A DNA stretch of 64,000 bases from NCBI RefSeq assembly GCF_009914755.1, contig NC_060928.1. One strand, 5' to 3'. This document shows positions 1-29,200 of the stretch, one piece after another. Below the pieces are notes generated by a model. That model ran no database searches. It worked only from the letters and a program-made list of their open reading frames with translations, and had not been told where the DNA came from. The stretch is from the human T2T-CHM13v2.0 reference genome, Homo sapiens. The position numbers and the translations under genes were made by a program. Every line of letters starts with the position of its first letter. Positions within the stretch are counted from its first letter, which is position 1.

Positions 1-161
<161 letters not shown>

Positions 162-1550
162 GTCATCGGCAAAGCCTGAGTCCTGTCCTCTCACTCCTCC
201 CCGGACAGAATGAGCTTCACCATTCGTTCCACCTTCTCCACCAGCTACTGGTCCCTGAGCTCTGTCCAGGTGCCCAGCTACGGCGCTCGGCCAGTCAGCA
301 GCTCTGCCAGCATCTATGCAGGTGCCGGGGGCTCTGGTTCCTGGATCTCCGTGTCCCGTTCCACCAGCTTCCGGCTCGGCATTGGGTTCCAGGGCCTGGC
401 TGCTGGGATGGCCGGGGGTCTGGCAGGAATGGGAGGCATCCAGAACTATAAGGAGGCCATGCAAAGCCTGAACGACCGCCTGGCCTCCTACCTGGACAGA
501 GTGAGGAGCTTGGAGACCGAGAACTGGAAGCTGGAGAGCAAAATCCGGGAGCATCTGGAGAAGAAGGGACTCCAGGTCAGAGTCTGGAGCCATTACTTCA
601 AGACCATCGAGGACCTGAGGGCTCAGATCTTCGCAAATACTGTGGACAATGCCTTCATCTTTCTGTAGATCAACAATGCCCGTCTTGCTGCTAATGACTT
701 TGGAGTCAAGTATGAGACAGAGCTGGCCCTGTGCCAGTCTGTAAAGAACTACATCCATGGGCTCTGCAAGCTCACTGATGACACCAATGTCACTTGGCTG
801 CAGCTGGAGACAGAGATCGAGGCTCTCAAGGAGGAGCTGGTCTTCATGAAGAAGAACCACAAAGATTAAGTAAAAGGTCTACAAGCTCAGACTGCCAGCT
901 CTGGGTTGACCGTGGAGGTAGATGACCCCAAATCTCAGGACCTTGCCAGGATCATAGCAGACATCCAGGCCCAATATGATGAGCTGGCTTGAAAGAACTG
1001 AGGGGACCTAGACAAGTACTGGTCTCAGCAGATTGAGGAGAGACCACAGTGGTCACCACGCAGACCGCCAAGGTTGGAGCTGCTGAGATGCTGCTCACGG
1101 AGCTGAGACATACAGTCCAGTCCTTGGAGATCGACCTGGACTCCATGAGAAATCTGAAGGCCAGCTTGGAGAACAGCCTGAGGGAGATGGAGGCCCGGTA
1201 CACCCTGCAGATGGAGCAGCTCAACGGGATCCTGCTGCACCTGGAGTCAGAGCTGGCACAGACCCGGGCAGAGGGACAGTGCCAGGCCCAGGAGTAGGAG
1301 GCCCTGCTGAATATCAAGGTCAAGCTAGAGGCTGAGATTGCCACCTACCTGCCTGCTGGAAGACGGCAAGGACTTCAATCTTGGTGATGCCCTGGACAAC
1401 TCCATGCAAACCATCCAAAAGACCACCACCCGCAGGATAGTGGATGGCAAAGTGGTGTCTGAGACCAATGACACCAAAGTTCTGAGACGTTAAGCCAGAA
1501 GAAGCAGGGTACCCTTTGGGGAGCAGGAGGCCAATAATAAGCTCAGAGAT
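162..1550 (+). pseudogene. KRT18P25: Keratin 18 processed pseudogene (probably KRT18P25)
   Basis: Intronless copy of KRT18 mRNA. 5'UTR, ATG at 210 (MSFTIRSTFSTSYWSLSSVQ...MQSLNDRLASYLDRVRSLETEN), rod and tail segments, native stop at 1491-1493, KRT18-type 3'UTR. Disabled by premature stops (e.g. TAG 666-668, TAG 1295-1297) and frameshifts (~1040, ~1350). Flanked by TSD AAAATAAATAAATA (148-161, 1551-1564). The P25 number is inferred from recalled locus context. Confidence 0.95.
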
Positions 1551-1557
1551 AAAATAA

Positions 1558-6322
<4,765 letters not shown>

Positions 6323-6466
6323 TCAGGCCTTATGTATCCCTTTGAGACTGGCTTTTTCAGGCTGCATAATGCCCTAGAAAGCCACCTAAGTTTTTGCATG
6401 TATCAATAGGTTGTTCTTTTTTAATGCTGGGTATTCCATGGTATGGATGTACCACAGTCTATTTAA

Positions 6467-6809
<343 letters not shown>

Positions 6810-7043
6810 TGAAAGCTTTCCTCAAAGGTCTGATGATCCTTGAATATTTGGTCAGATTTTTAACTGAACCACTGCATAGCTGACTGGAAGCTCTGTGTGA
6901 GTGGGCAGGTCTTGTCAACTTGTGAGCTTATTTTTAGATTCCCTAGGTAGTCAGCCAGCTTTTGTGTTCAGGTATGTGTGTGGTACCCCAAATGACAGTA
7001 TGTGTAGGTATTTTCTCTGTAGCAATTTACTTTATCTGGAGAA

Positions 7044-7548
<505 letters not shown>

Positions 7549-7697
7549 TCTGGAAACTCTGTAGACTTTTTTTTTTTTTTTTTGAGATGGAGTCTCACTC
7601 TGTTGCCCAGGCTGCAGTACAGTGGCATGATCTCAGCTGACTGCAACCTCTTGCCTCCTGGGTTCAAGCAATTCTCCTGTCTTAGCCTCCTGAGTAG

Positions 7698-7919
<222 letters not shown>

Positions 7920-8469
7920 TAAGCTTCTCAGATTGTTTCTCCCCAGAAAAAGTACTTGTGGGAGTGGGGAAGGGGTGGCTGCCTGACTGATGGGAGTGAG
8001 GGAAGGCTTCTAGGGCTGCTTTTCAGTCTTCAGACACCCCTCACTGTCTTCAGTGTCCTGTTCCTATTACTGCCTTCCAAAGTACCAGGCTTCAGTCCTT
8101 GAGTTGTCTTGCTTTTTGTGGGTCTTCTCCAACAAAGCTTGGCCTTCCTCTGCTCTGCTAATTTAGTCACCATTCCTCCATCTGCTTTTTGTTTTCAAGT
8201 GCTGTGAGTTTGCGGGGATAAATGTTTCCTAGTTTTATTGAAGATAGCGTTTGTGTTTCTGTTTCTTGTTCTGATTCTGTATTGGGGAAATTAAAAAAAA
8301 AAGTCTAGAAAGGTCAATGCTCAGCCATCTAAATCCTGGAAGCTGTGGAGGTGACTTCTAGCAATTCCCTCCATCATTCCTGTCCAAACATATTTCAAAA
8401 AAAATACAAAGAGTGTTCTGAAAGCAGTTCTGTCTGCCCATACTCTTTGCTCAGTGGCAGTGCCAAGTA

Positions 8470-9612
<1,143 letters not shown>

Positions 9613-10045
9613 GATGTATCACTTTTTTTTTCTTTTTTTTTTCTGAGACGGAGTTTCACTCTTTTTGCCCAGGCTGGAGTGAAACGGTGAGATCTTGGCT
9701 CACTGCAACCTCCACCTCCTGGGTTCAAGTGATTCTCCTGTCTCAGCCTCCTGAATAGCTGGGATTACAGGCACGTGCCCCCAGGCCCAGCTAATTTTTG
9801 TATTTTTAGTAGAGACGGGGTTTCACCACGTTGGCCAGGCTGGTCTTGAACTCCTTACCTCGTGATCTGCCTGCCTTGGCCTCCCAAAGTGCTGGGATTA
9901 CAGGTGTGAGCCACTGCACCTGGCTGGATGTATCGCTTTCTTCAGCTAATCATGTCCTACCCTGCAAGCCACTACAAATGAACATTTCATCTACTTGCTT
10001 TTTTTTTTTTTTTCTCAGACCCATTAGGTCAGAAACAGAGCTTAG

Positions 10046-10511
<466 letters not shown>

Positions 10512-10814
10512 TCATGGGCTGTAATCTCAGCACTTTGGGAGGCGGAGGTGGGAGGATCACCTGTGGCCAGGAATTGGAGACCAGCCTGGGCAACATGGTA
10601 AAACCCTGTCTATCAAAAATACAACAAAATTAGCCAGGTATGATCCCAGCTACTAGGGAGGAAGAGGTGGACTCTGTCTCAAAAAAATAAAGATAAAAAA
10701 ATAAATTAATTAATTAAATTAAGTAAAAATTTAAAAACACATATTAAGACTGTCAAGCAAAAAAGAAAAAGAAAAAGCAAACAAAAACAAAACAAAACAA
10801 AACAAAAAACCCAA

Positions 10815-12290
<1,476 letters not shown>

Positions 12291-12686
12291 CTTTTCTCTT
12301 CCCTTTGTTGAAAGTCCATTAGATACCCTGCAGGACTTATGGCATGTGATGGCATTGGGGTACAGGGGAGAAAATCATGTGATTATGTTACCTTAAAATT
12401 TTTTTTTTTGAGACAAGTTCTTGCTCTGTTGCTCAGGCTGCAGTGCAGTGGCATGATCATGGCTCAGTGCAGCCTAGACCTCCCAGGCTCAAGTGATTCT
12501 CCCACCTGAGCCTGCAGAGTAGCTGAGACTACAGATGTGTACACCACTCCCAGGTAAATTTTGCATATTTTGTAGAGAAGGAGCTTGGAAAAAAGTGATT
12601 TTGAAACTGATAAGGATAATTGAGGGTTAATTAGGTAAACATTTTGCAATGTTTGGCTCACAGATGAATAGCATATTGTATTAGTT

Positions 12687-13256
12687 ACATATATATGTGT
12701 ATATGTATGTGTGTGTATATATACACATATGTGTATATACGTATATACACATGTGTATATACGTATATACACATGTGTATATACGTATATACACATGTGT
12801 ATATACGTATATACACATGTGTATATACGTATATACACATGTGTATATACGTATATACACATATGTGTATATACGTATATACACATATGTCTATACACGT
12901 ATATACAAATGTCTATACACGTATATATACAAATGTCTATACACGTGTATATACACACACATGTATACACACACGTGTATACACACACGTGTATACACAC
13001 ACGTGTATACACACACGTGTGTATACACGTGTATATATATACAAATGTGTATACACACGTGTATATATATACAAATGTGTATACACGTATATATATACAC
13101 GTGTATACACGTATATATACACACGTGTATACACGTGTATATATATACACGTGTATACACGTATATATATACACGTGTGTATACACACGTGTATACACGT
13201 GTATATATACACGTGTGTATACACGTGTGTATACACACATGTGTATATATATATAC
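12687..13256. repeat. 570-bp alternating purine-pyrimidine (TA/CA/TG/CG) compound micro/minisatellite
   Basis: 22-bp unit gtgtatatacgtatatacacat repeated from 12731, degrading into acacgtgt/tatatac variants; abuts the poly(T) tail of the Alu at 13257-13547. Confidence 0.97.
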
Positions 13257-13692
13257 TTTTTTTTTTTGAGACACAGTCTCGCTCTGTCGCCCAGGCTGGA
13301 GTGTCAGTGGCACAATCTCGGCTCACCCCAACCTCCGCCTCCCAGGTTCAAGCAATTCTCCTGTCTCAGCCTCCTGAGTAGCTGGGATTACAGACATGTG
13401 CCACCAGGCCAGGCTAATTTTTGTATTTTAATAGAGATGGGATTTCACCATGTTGGCCAGGCTGGTCTGGAACTCCTGACCTCATGATCTGCCCGCTTTG
13501 GCCTCCCAAAGTGCTGGGATTACAGGCGTGAGCCACCACGCCCGGCCAAAAGGAGTAAATTTTAATACAAAATAGACATGGGAGGGCTCACTATGTTGCC
13601 CAGGCTGGTCTCATACTCCTGGGCTCAAGTGATGCTCCCACCTCAGCCTCCCAAAGTGCTGGGATTACAGGTTTGAGCCACCAAGCCCTGCC

Positions 13693-14131
13693 AAGATTGG
13701 CATTTGAATCAGTGGACTCACCTTCAGCTGATGTGGGCAGGCACCATCCAATCAGCTGAGGGCCCGGATATAACAAAAAGGCAGAGGGAAGGCAAACTGC
13801 TGCACTCTTTCTTTTTGCTGGAGCCAGGCACCCATCTTATCCTGCCCTTGGACATCACAACTCCAGGTTCTCTGGCCTTTGGACTCCTACAAGAGGCCTT
13901 CCTAGGTTCTCAAGCCTTTGGCCTTGGATTGGTTTAGCTCTCCTGGTTATGACTTTTGAACTTGGACTGAGTCACGCTGTCAGCTTTCTTGGTTCTTTAG
14001 CATGCAGAAGGCCTAATGTGGGACTTCTCAGCCTCCATAACTGTGTGAAACATTTCTCCTAATAAATGCCCTCTCATCTCTCTCCCTCCATCCTGTGGGT
14101 TCCATTTCTCTGGAAAACACTGACTAATACA
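13693..14131 (+). mobile_element. ERVL LTR (MLT2 family), partial
   Basis: agattggcatttgaatcagtggact...gcaccatccaatcagctgagggccc...cctgcccttggacatc...gtgggacttctcagcctccataa...ctgactaataca matches MLT2 LTR as recalled. Confidence 0.8.
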
Positions 14132-14264
14132 AAGAGAGAGCTCAAGAGTGTGAAATATTTTTTTGAGAGGTCAAGCAAAAAATTGTTTGCTGATTATAGT
14201 GACATGGAGATTGGTAGTGATCTTAGTAAGAGGAGTTTCAGGGGAGTAGTAAAGATGGAAGTCA

Positions 14265-14924
<660 letters not shown>

Positions 14925-15829
14925 TCAAAAACAAACAAAAAAACAAAAACAAACAAACATATATACAAATTCTTAGCTCTATTCACAAGAGGGCCTGGGG
15001 GCTGGGCTCAGTGGCTCACGCCTGTAATCCCAGCACTTTGGGAGGCTCAAGTGGGAGGATTGCTTGAGCCCAGGAGTTCAAGGCCAGCCTGATCAACATG
15101 GCAAACCCTGTCTCTACAAAAAAAAAAAAAAAAAAAAAAAAAGACAAAAATTAGCCAGGGGTGGTGGTGCGCATTTGCAGTCCCAGCTACTTGAGAGGTT
15201 GAGGTAGGAGGATTGCTTGAGTCTGGGAGGTCAAGGCTGCAATGAGCTGTGATCATGCCACTGTACTCCAGCCTGGGTGACAGAGTGAGACCCTGTCTCA
15301 ACAAAATAAAATAAAATAAAAAAGAGGGCCTAGGAGCAGTGATACCCCAGTAGCAATGAGTACAACTAGTGCTCAGATCTTGGTCCCTCAGTAGTATTCT
15401 TTGATGAAAAGAACCTCCTCTGAGCTCTTTGGAGAAGTGCTTGTTTCCAGGGTTGGCGGAGGATGAGCCTGGAACATCTTGTAGTACCAGAAAATAAAGA
15501 ACTGCTTTAAAAAAGAAGTGGAGGCTGGGCATGGTGGCCCACGCCTGTAATGCTAGCACTTTAGGAAGCTGAGTCAGGTGGATTGCTTGCGTGCAGGAGT
15601 TTGAGACCAACCTGGGCAATGTGGGGAGACTCTGTCTCTACAAAAATTAAAAAATTAACTGGGAGTGGTGGCAGGTGCCTATAGTCCCAACTACTCAGAG
15701 GCTGAGGTGAGATGATTGCTTGAACCTGGGAGGTTAAGGCTGCAGTGAGCTATGATTGCACCACTGCACTCCAGCCTGAGTGCCAGAGCTAGACCCTCTC
15801 TCAACAAAATAAATTAAATAAATAAATAA

Positions 15830-18290
<2,461 letters not shown>

Positions 18291-18310
18291 TTTTTTGTTT
18301 TTTTTTTTCA

Positions 18311-18709
<399 letters not shown>

Positions 18710-19424
18710 CTATACCTCTCCCATGGTACCAAGAAGGCTGGCAGAAGGCATGAGTGGTCCTGTAGATGGGTTTTCTGTCTTGGTGGCTGGAAGCTGATAA
18801 AGTTCTTCAATGGGGTTCATGGCTGCATTCTCAATGCCAATTCACAGGACATATCATAGAATGAGGACTGGACAAATGTTTATTGAACTGAACAGGACTG
18901 AGTTTGAAACACAACTACATTATGATTATATCATTTTTTCTACCTATGTGGCCTTAGGCTTGTTACTCATTCTCTCAGTGCCTCCATTTCCTATGAAATG
19001 GGAATATAATCCTAGTTGTTGAGGCAGAGATTAATAAGTATTCAGCCAAATCTGTTTCATTTTCTTTCTGGGCACACAGCTAAATCATACTTTCCTGCCT
19101 CCAATTCTGTTAGGCTGACCAGCACTTCACTGGCTCTGAACACATGTTTGATGAAAGAGTATAACTATTGACATGCTCCATTACAAACTTTGTTGTGTCA
19201 CCAGTTCTTCCGTATCTTGATCCAAGATGACATCTTGTCTGGCCATGGAGGTGGTTAAGACTAAATGAAAATTTCCAAGAGATAATTTGTCATAAAGGAT
19301 ATGACTTGCTTTACACAGAACCAGCTGCTAATGACTAACCCTTCTTTAATTATGAGCCATGGAGAACAGTCATGCATTAAAAATTCCTTGACATTCGATA
19401 GACCCGGAAGAAAATAATAATTCA

Positions 19425-20245
<821 letters not shown>

Positions 20246-20491
20246 TCAGCTAATTTGAGGACATAGGATTATAAGAAAGGTGTGAGGACTGGGGAGTGTG
20301 TTGTAGTTAGAAAATGGGAAAATTGAATTGCAGCTAATACAAACTTGCTGGCTAGGTTATAGTACCTTGGATTAAGCCTTTATGGTTTAGAATTTGAACC
20401 TCAACATTTCCAGTTTAATAACATGGTCAAGTCAGTTATATGAATGAGTTAAATGAATCCATGGATTCTCATGCCAACCAGTCTTTTGTGA

Positions 20492-20770
<279 letters not shown>

Positions 20771-21999
20771 TAAAGATGAGATTTTGCCATGCTGCCCAGG
20801 CTGGTCTCGAACTCCTGGTCTCAAGTGAACCACCCGCCTGGGCCTCCCAAAGTGCTGGGATTACAGGCGTGAGACACCACACCTGGCCTGCTTGAGATAT
20901 TCTTTCCTTGCAGGATAATCTACATGGGAAGCCTAGTTATCCTCAGATTTTCTGGTAAACAGGAATCTGGAGCAAGAAGAATTAGCTCGGTAATCATAAA
21001 AGACCAGTGTTATCTAATTACGATAACCGAATGCAATCATTTCAGCCTTAAGAATAGAATTGCTCAGAGAGGGTTGCTTTTTCTCTACCGCGATTTTCTT
21101 TCATGTGAGTTGAGCTGGAGTGATGCACTCCTTGCTTTCCCTTTATCCATTGTAATCCAAGGCAGAGAGTAACTCATCTGATTGGTAAATCAGGAAGAAC
21201 AACTTAGGTATGCTTGCCTCATTTCCTCTCATTTCCCTCAAGAGTACACACTTCCTTTGGGATTTAAGCATTACTTGGTCCAGTGTGTTCAGTGTTGTCC
21301 AGGGCCAACTTCTTCATTAGGCACAGCAGGCAGTGCCTAGGGTCAATTATACCCATAGTGCCTAGGGTCCATGAAAATGTTTCAATTTCCTTTAAAATCA
21401 GAAGAAAAAAATTGAGGCTGGGTGCGGTGGCTCAAGCCTGTAATCCCAGCACTTTGGGAGGCTGCTGCTGTAGGATCCTTTGAGCCCAGGAGTTGGAGAC
21501 CAGCCAAGGCAATATAGTGAGACCCCATATCCTTGTCTACAAAAAATTTAAAAACTGGCTTGGTGTGGTGCTATGTGCCTTTGATCCCAGTTACTCGGAA
21601 GGCTGAGGTGGGAGAATCCTTGAGCCCAGGAGGCTTAAACTGGAGTGAGCTGAGATATTGGCACTACACTCCAGCCTCCTAATGGTGCGATCTCTGCTCA
21701 CTGCAACCTCCGCCTCCCGGGTTCAAGCGATTCTCCTGCTTCAGCCTCCTAAATAGCTGAGGTTACATGTACACTCTACCATGCCCAGCTAATTTTTGTA
21801 TTTCTAGTAGAGACAGGGTTTCACCGTGTTGGCCAGGCTGGTCCCAAACTCCTGACGTCAAGTGATCTGCCCACCTCGGACTCCCAAAGTGCTGGGATTA
21901 CAGGTGTGAGCCACTGCACCGGGCCCAAATCCTCCTATATTTTGTACTTAGCCAAAAGAAAAATGAGAAAACCCAATGACATTATGCTATAAATTATGA

Positions 22000-22146
<147 letters not shown>

Positions 22147-22475
22147 TGAGTAGCTGAGACTACAGGCGCACACCACCATGCATGGCTAATTTTTGTATTT
22201 GTAGTAGAGACAGGGTTTTCACCATGTTGGTCAGACTGGTCTCGAACTCCTGACCTCAGGTGATCCACCCGCCTCAGCCTCCCAAAGTGCTGGGATTACA
22301 GGGTGAGCCACCGAGCCCAGCCCAAGGCATGGTTTTATATATTAAAAAGTCGCTGGCCAGGTGTGATGGCTCACGCCTGTAATCCCAGCACTTTGGCAGA
22401 CTGAGGCAGGTGGAATACCTGAGGTCAGGAGTTTGAGACCACCCTGACCAACGTGATGAAACCCCATCTCTACTA

Positions 22476-22679
<204 letters not shown>

Positions 22680-22982
22680 TTATTACATTCAGAGAGCAAG
22701 TTGGGATTACAAATAACATTTTTCCAGGTAAATCAGTATATTCTTACGCTTATTTTTTTTTTTGTCTTTTTTTTTCTTCCTTTTTGTGGAGAACGGGGTC
22801 TCACTATATCGCCCAGTCAGGTCTTGAACTCCTGGGTTCAAGCTATCCTCCCACCTCTGCTTCCCTGAGAGCTGGGATTACAGGCGTGAGCCATCGCGCC
22901 TGGCATAAATCAGTATATTCTTAGTTTTTTCCCCCTTATCTACATTAGTTACCTGATTAAAAATCCTGGATATTTGAGTTCT

Positions 22983-23302
<320 letters not shown>

Positions 23303-24298
23303 TCAAAGCCCTTCTCGTCCTGGGTCTCCGGCACGAGCTGGGGCATGGGCAGCGACCTGCCTTCCTGGCTCAGCGACACTTAGGTGAAGACACTGGCGGC
23401 CCTGTAGCGCTTCTGAGAGCTGTCCACAACACAGTCGGCATCCACCAAGACCTCGATCTCTACGGACTTATTGCTCGTGAAGGTCATGCGTCCGGAGATG
23501 GTCTTGATGCAGCCTTTTCTGATCTTGTTGTCAAAATTAATGGCCTCCATGGAGGCTGTGACGAGGTTGGTCTTGCAGTGGCGTGCAGCCAAGATCCCGG
23601 CGACCTCGTCCATGACCTTCATGGTCACCCCTTCATGCACGAAGCTGTGCAGGGTACAGTCTGAAGGCCCCACCAGGTGGATCAAGCTGGACTGGCTGTA
23701 GCTGACAGTGTTCGGCTCTGGGTTGAGGACTGGCTGGACGATGTCCCCGTTCCTCCAGTTGGTCTCCATGCGCTCCAGCTTCTGGGTTTTGTACCGCTTC
23801 TGGCCCTCCTCCTCCTGCTCCTGCCGGAAATACACAACAGGAGGCTCTTCGAGGACCTTGTCCACGTTCGTCAGCGACAGGGGCGCATACCAGAGGGTGG
23901 CCTTATTGGTCAGCTTTTTGGCACCTGTGAGGATGTTTTCGGACATCATGTTGACCTGCACCTCCACAGAGTGCTTGGAGGTGTAGGTGATCTCCGCGCT
24001 GACGTGGGCCACCTCACCGATGCACATGGGCCACAGGAAGTGGGTGCACTCGACCCGAGCCAGAGCGGCCACACAGCGATCCCCGTTCTGCGGATTGCAA
24101 TGCCGGGTGCTGATGATGGCGCCCGCCTCTTTGATCATCTTCAGGATGGTCCCGCCTAGACATTGCGGGCCACATTAGCGTCCGCATAATCCGGCAGATC
24201 TGGATGGCGTTCGGCGTCTTGATGTCTGGGCCAGACATGCTGGCAGCTGTGGCGGTGGCTGCAGGAGGGCGCAGGTGTCTGGCAGGCCTGGCGCGGAA
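23303..24298 (-). pseudogene. LOC344967: ACOT7 (cytosolic acyl-CoA thioesterase 7/BACH) processed pseudogene, LOC344967/ACOT7L-like
   Basis: Intronless. GC-rich 5'UTR, parental start at 24238 (MSGPDIKTPNAIQICRIMR), two small frameshifting deletions at ~24155-24185, both hotdog-fold thioesterase domains, premature TAA at 23380-23382, then VSLSQEGRSLPMPQLVPETQDEK before truncation by the Alu. Confidence 0.93.
23380..24138 (-). CDS. ACOT7L: Residual 252-aa ORF of the ACOT7 retrocopy (putative ACOT7-like protein; translation unproven)
   Basis: Uninterrupted ORF MIKEAGAIISTRHCN...MKVMDEVAGILAARHCKTN...YRAASVFT, collinear with ACOT7 from parental Met37. Confidence 0.45.
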   Translation of the reverse strand: MIKEAGAIISTRHCNPQNGDRCVAALARVECTHFLWPMCIGEVAHVSAEITYTSKHSVEVQVNMMSENILTGAKKLTNKATLWYAPLSLTNVDKVLEEPPVVYFRQEQEEEGQKRYKTQKLERMETNWRNGDIVQPVLNPEPNTVSYSQSSLIHLVGPSDCTLHSFVHEGVTMKVMDEVAGILAARHCKTNLVTASMEAINFDNKIRKGCIKTISGRMTFTSNKSVEIEVLVDADCVVDSSQKRYRAASVFT

Positions 24299-24629
24299 TT
24301 GAGTTTTAGTGTTGAGAAAATTAAAGTTTTGGTTGTTAAAATGATTGCAGTTTTAGCTAACTTCAATTTTAAAATTCACCAATAATAAAACTATTATTTA
24401 TCAATAAGTAGAAACGAGTTAGAAAATATTCAATCCCTTCAATTCAGATGGAGAATAAACTAGTATTTTTCGAACACCTGACACATATCGAGCGTTTACT
24501 TAGGTATTTGCATCTATAATGCAATTTAATTCTTGCAACTGTCCTGGCCGGGCACAGTGTCTCAGGCCTGTAATCCCACCATTTTGGGAGGCTGATGAGG
24601 GAAGATCGCTTGGGCCCAGGAGTTCATAG

Positions 24630-24848
<219 letters not shown>

Positions 24849-27539
24849 TGACACCAAGCCTGGCTAAAAACCAGTCCTTTAAATTTAGCATCCTGGCTGG
24901 GTGCGGTGGCTCACACCTGTAATCCCAGTATTTTGGGAGGCCGAGGCAGGTGGATCACTTGAGCTCAGGAGTTTGAGACCAGCCTGGGCAACATGGCAAA
25001 ACCCCGTCTCTACCAAAAATACAAAAGTTAGCCGGGCATGGTGGCATGTGCCTGTAGTCCCTGATACCTGGGAGGCTGAGGTGGGATGATCCTTCGAGTT
25101 CCAGAGGCAGAGGTTGCAGTGAGCCGAGATAGTGCCAGTGCACCCCAGCCTGGGCAAAAGAGTGAGACCCTTTCTAAAACAAAAAACAAACAAAAAAATT
25201 AGCATCCTTATCCCCACTGTAGAATTAAAGAAATTGAGCCTAGGAGCAGTTAAGTATCTTTGCAGAGATCATACATTAATGGGATGGCAGAACTAAAAAT
25301 ATGGATCTACACCTAAGATTTAAAAGCCTGTATTATTTTCCACTTCACCATACTACTTCTGTTAGTAAAAATAACAATGATGATGCTTTGTATCTGTCTT
25401 ACCTCACATAAATTATAACAAAGCTCCTTAAGGACAGGGGCCATGTCTTATACTTTTATGATATCCCTAATGAATTTTCAAGAAATATTGCTTGAATGGT
25501 ATGGTTGGTTCCTGGTATTTAAATAATGTTATTCAATTTTTCAATGGTATTTCAATGATAGAAATAAATTACGCTTTTTTAACCTTAGTATTTATAATGC
25601 AATTATTCTGACTTATTTCACATGAGAGACAATTTTATCATCCAGTTTAAATTCATCTTACATAAAAAATGTGTGAACAGGCCGAACACAGTGGCTCACG
25701 CCTGTAATCTCAGCAATTTGGGAGGCTGTGGCAGGCAGATTGCTTGAGCTCAGGAGTTTGAGACCAGCCTAGGGAGCACGGCAAAACCCTGTGTCTACAA
25801 AAAATATAATTATTAGCTGAGTATGGTGGCACATGCCTGTGGTCCCACCTATTAGGAGGCTGAGGTGGGAGGATCACCTGAGCCCAGGGAGTTTGAGGCT
25901 GCAATAAGCTGTGATCATGCCAGTCTCCAGTCCAGGAGACAGAGTGAGACTGTCTCAAAAAAAAAAAAAAAAAAAAGCATAAACATATATGCAGCTTTTT
26001 TTGCTGCCATTCTGTCATTTTTTGGAGTGTATGATATTTTTGGAGCATTATGATATCATGCTTATATAAAATATATTTAATATATTTAACTTCATTTGCA
26101 GGCTATTGAACTCTAGGAGTTGCCTTATGAATACCATTCTGGGACTTTGAGGATTTTCCTAAGTACTTTCCGTCTGTTCAGTACTGGGAATAATAATATA
26201 AAATAAATAGTAAGAGGATAGTACTATCTATAGCGTTGAAAACACTGACAGAGAAATGGACTTTGCCTTCAGAAAGGTATTAGCCTCAAAGGTTTAAGTA
26301 GTCCTAGAACTTGGAAACATATATCTTTTTTCCTTTTTCTTTTTTCTTTTTTTTTTGAGTCTTGCAGAATTAGCTAGAATGGAAACCCATATTTGAATGT
26401 ACTAAAATAATTATCACAAGGACTCTTTACCCTGGGATTGGTGCTCTTGCCCTGGCCCTAACGCCTTTCCTTTCAAAACAGAAACCAGACCAAACCAAAC
26501 AAAAATGTCTCACACTCCTCAAACTCCATTCTATTTAGCAACATTCAGCATTTATCTTTCAGGCAGGTCATCACCAAACATTGAAAAGTCTAACTTCTTA
26601 GGCAGGGACTGAGAGGAAAGTCTAGTGGGTGGAATGTGTTACTTGGCCCCAGGCCCAGCTCATATTTTCCATGAACAAACACCACCTTAGCTTAGGGTGA
26701 ATGTCTTTAACGACACCTCTGGAGCTGGCCTCCCTCAATTTAGGAGATTTTTTTTTTTAAAGTACAATCAAATTTTGAGAACCTAAATAATTTCATTACA
26801 AAGAACTTTACATTTCCTTTTAACAAGCATTTACAGAAAAATTACTATGAGGTCAGGCGCAGTGGCTCACGCCTGTAATCCTAACACTTTGGGAGGCCAA
26901 GGCACGTGGATCAGTTGAGGTCAGGAGTTCAAGACCAGCCTAGCCAACATGTCAAAAACCCATCTCTACTAAAAATACAAAAATTAGCCGAGCCTGATGG
27001 TGCATGCCTGTAATCCCAACTACTTGGGAGGCTGAGGCAAGAAAATCGCTTGACCTAGGGGTGGGAGGTTGCAGTGAGCCGAGATCACGCCACTGCATTC
27101 CAGCCCCGGTGACAGAGCGAGACCCTGTCACAAACAAACAAACAAAAACAAAAAAGAAAACCTGCTATGACAGTGAGATTTCTTTGGATGCAACTATCAA
27201 GAAACAACTCAAGTTAGCTTAGGCCAAAAAAGGAGAGATTTATTATAAGAATATAGGGATGTTTCGAAGAAACCAAGGAGAGAGATGTAGCTGGCCCCAG
27301 GAAAGGCCAAAAACAAGTTGTTGAGAGCCCAGACATTATCTTCTCTCCATCTCTCCAATATCTCTTCTCTGCTTGTTTCTTCTCTCTCGAGCAGCTTCCT
27401 CTGCTACCCTGGCCTGACGTAGAATATAGCTGCCTCCAACTCCTGAGTTAATCCTATACAAGCTCAGCAGCACAAAGAAACTGAGAATCGCAAATCTTTT
27501 ATATTTTTACTTAAATGCTATTTATTTTTACACAGCAAA

Positions 27540-29200
<1,661 letters not shown>

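Noticed and set aside
12464-13487. Several long Y/T/H/V/C/I-rich ORFs on both strands
   Set aside because: Translations of a stop-free alternating purine-pyrimidine repeat
19030-19420. Non-Alu stretch checked for a hidden exon or pseudogene
   Set aside because: Stops in the frames examined, no convincing splice-site pair, and it begins with MLT-like sequence
23471-24178. Plus-strand ORFs up to 160 aa
   Set aside because: Antisense frames of the ACOT7 retrocopy
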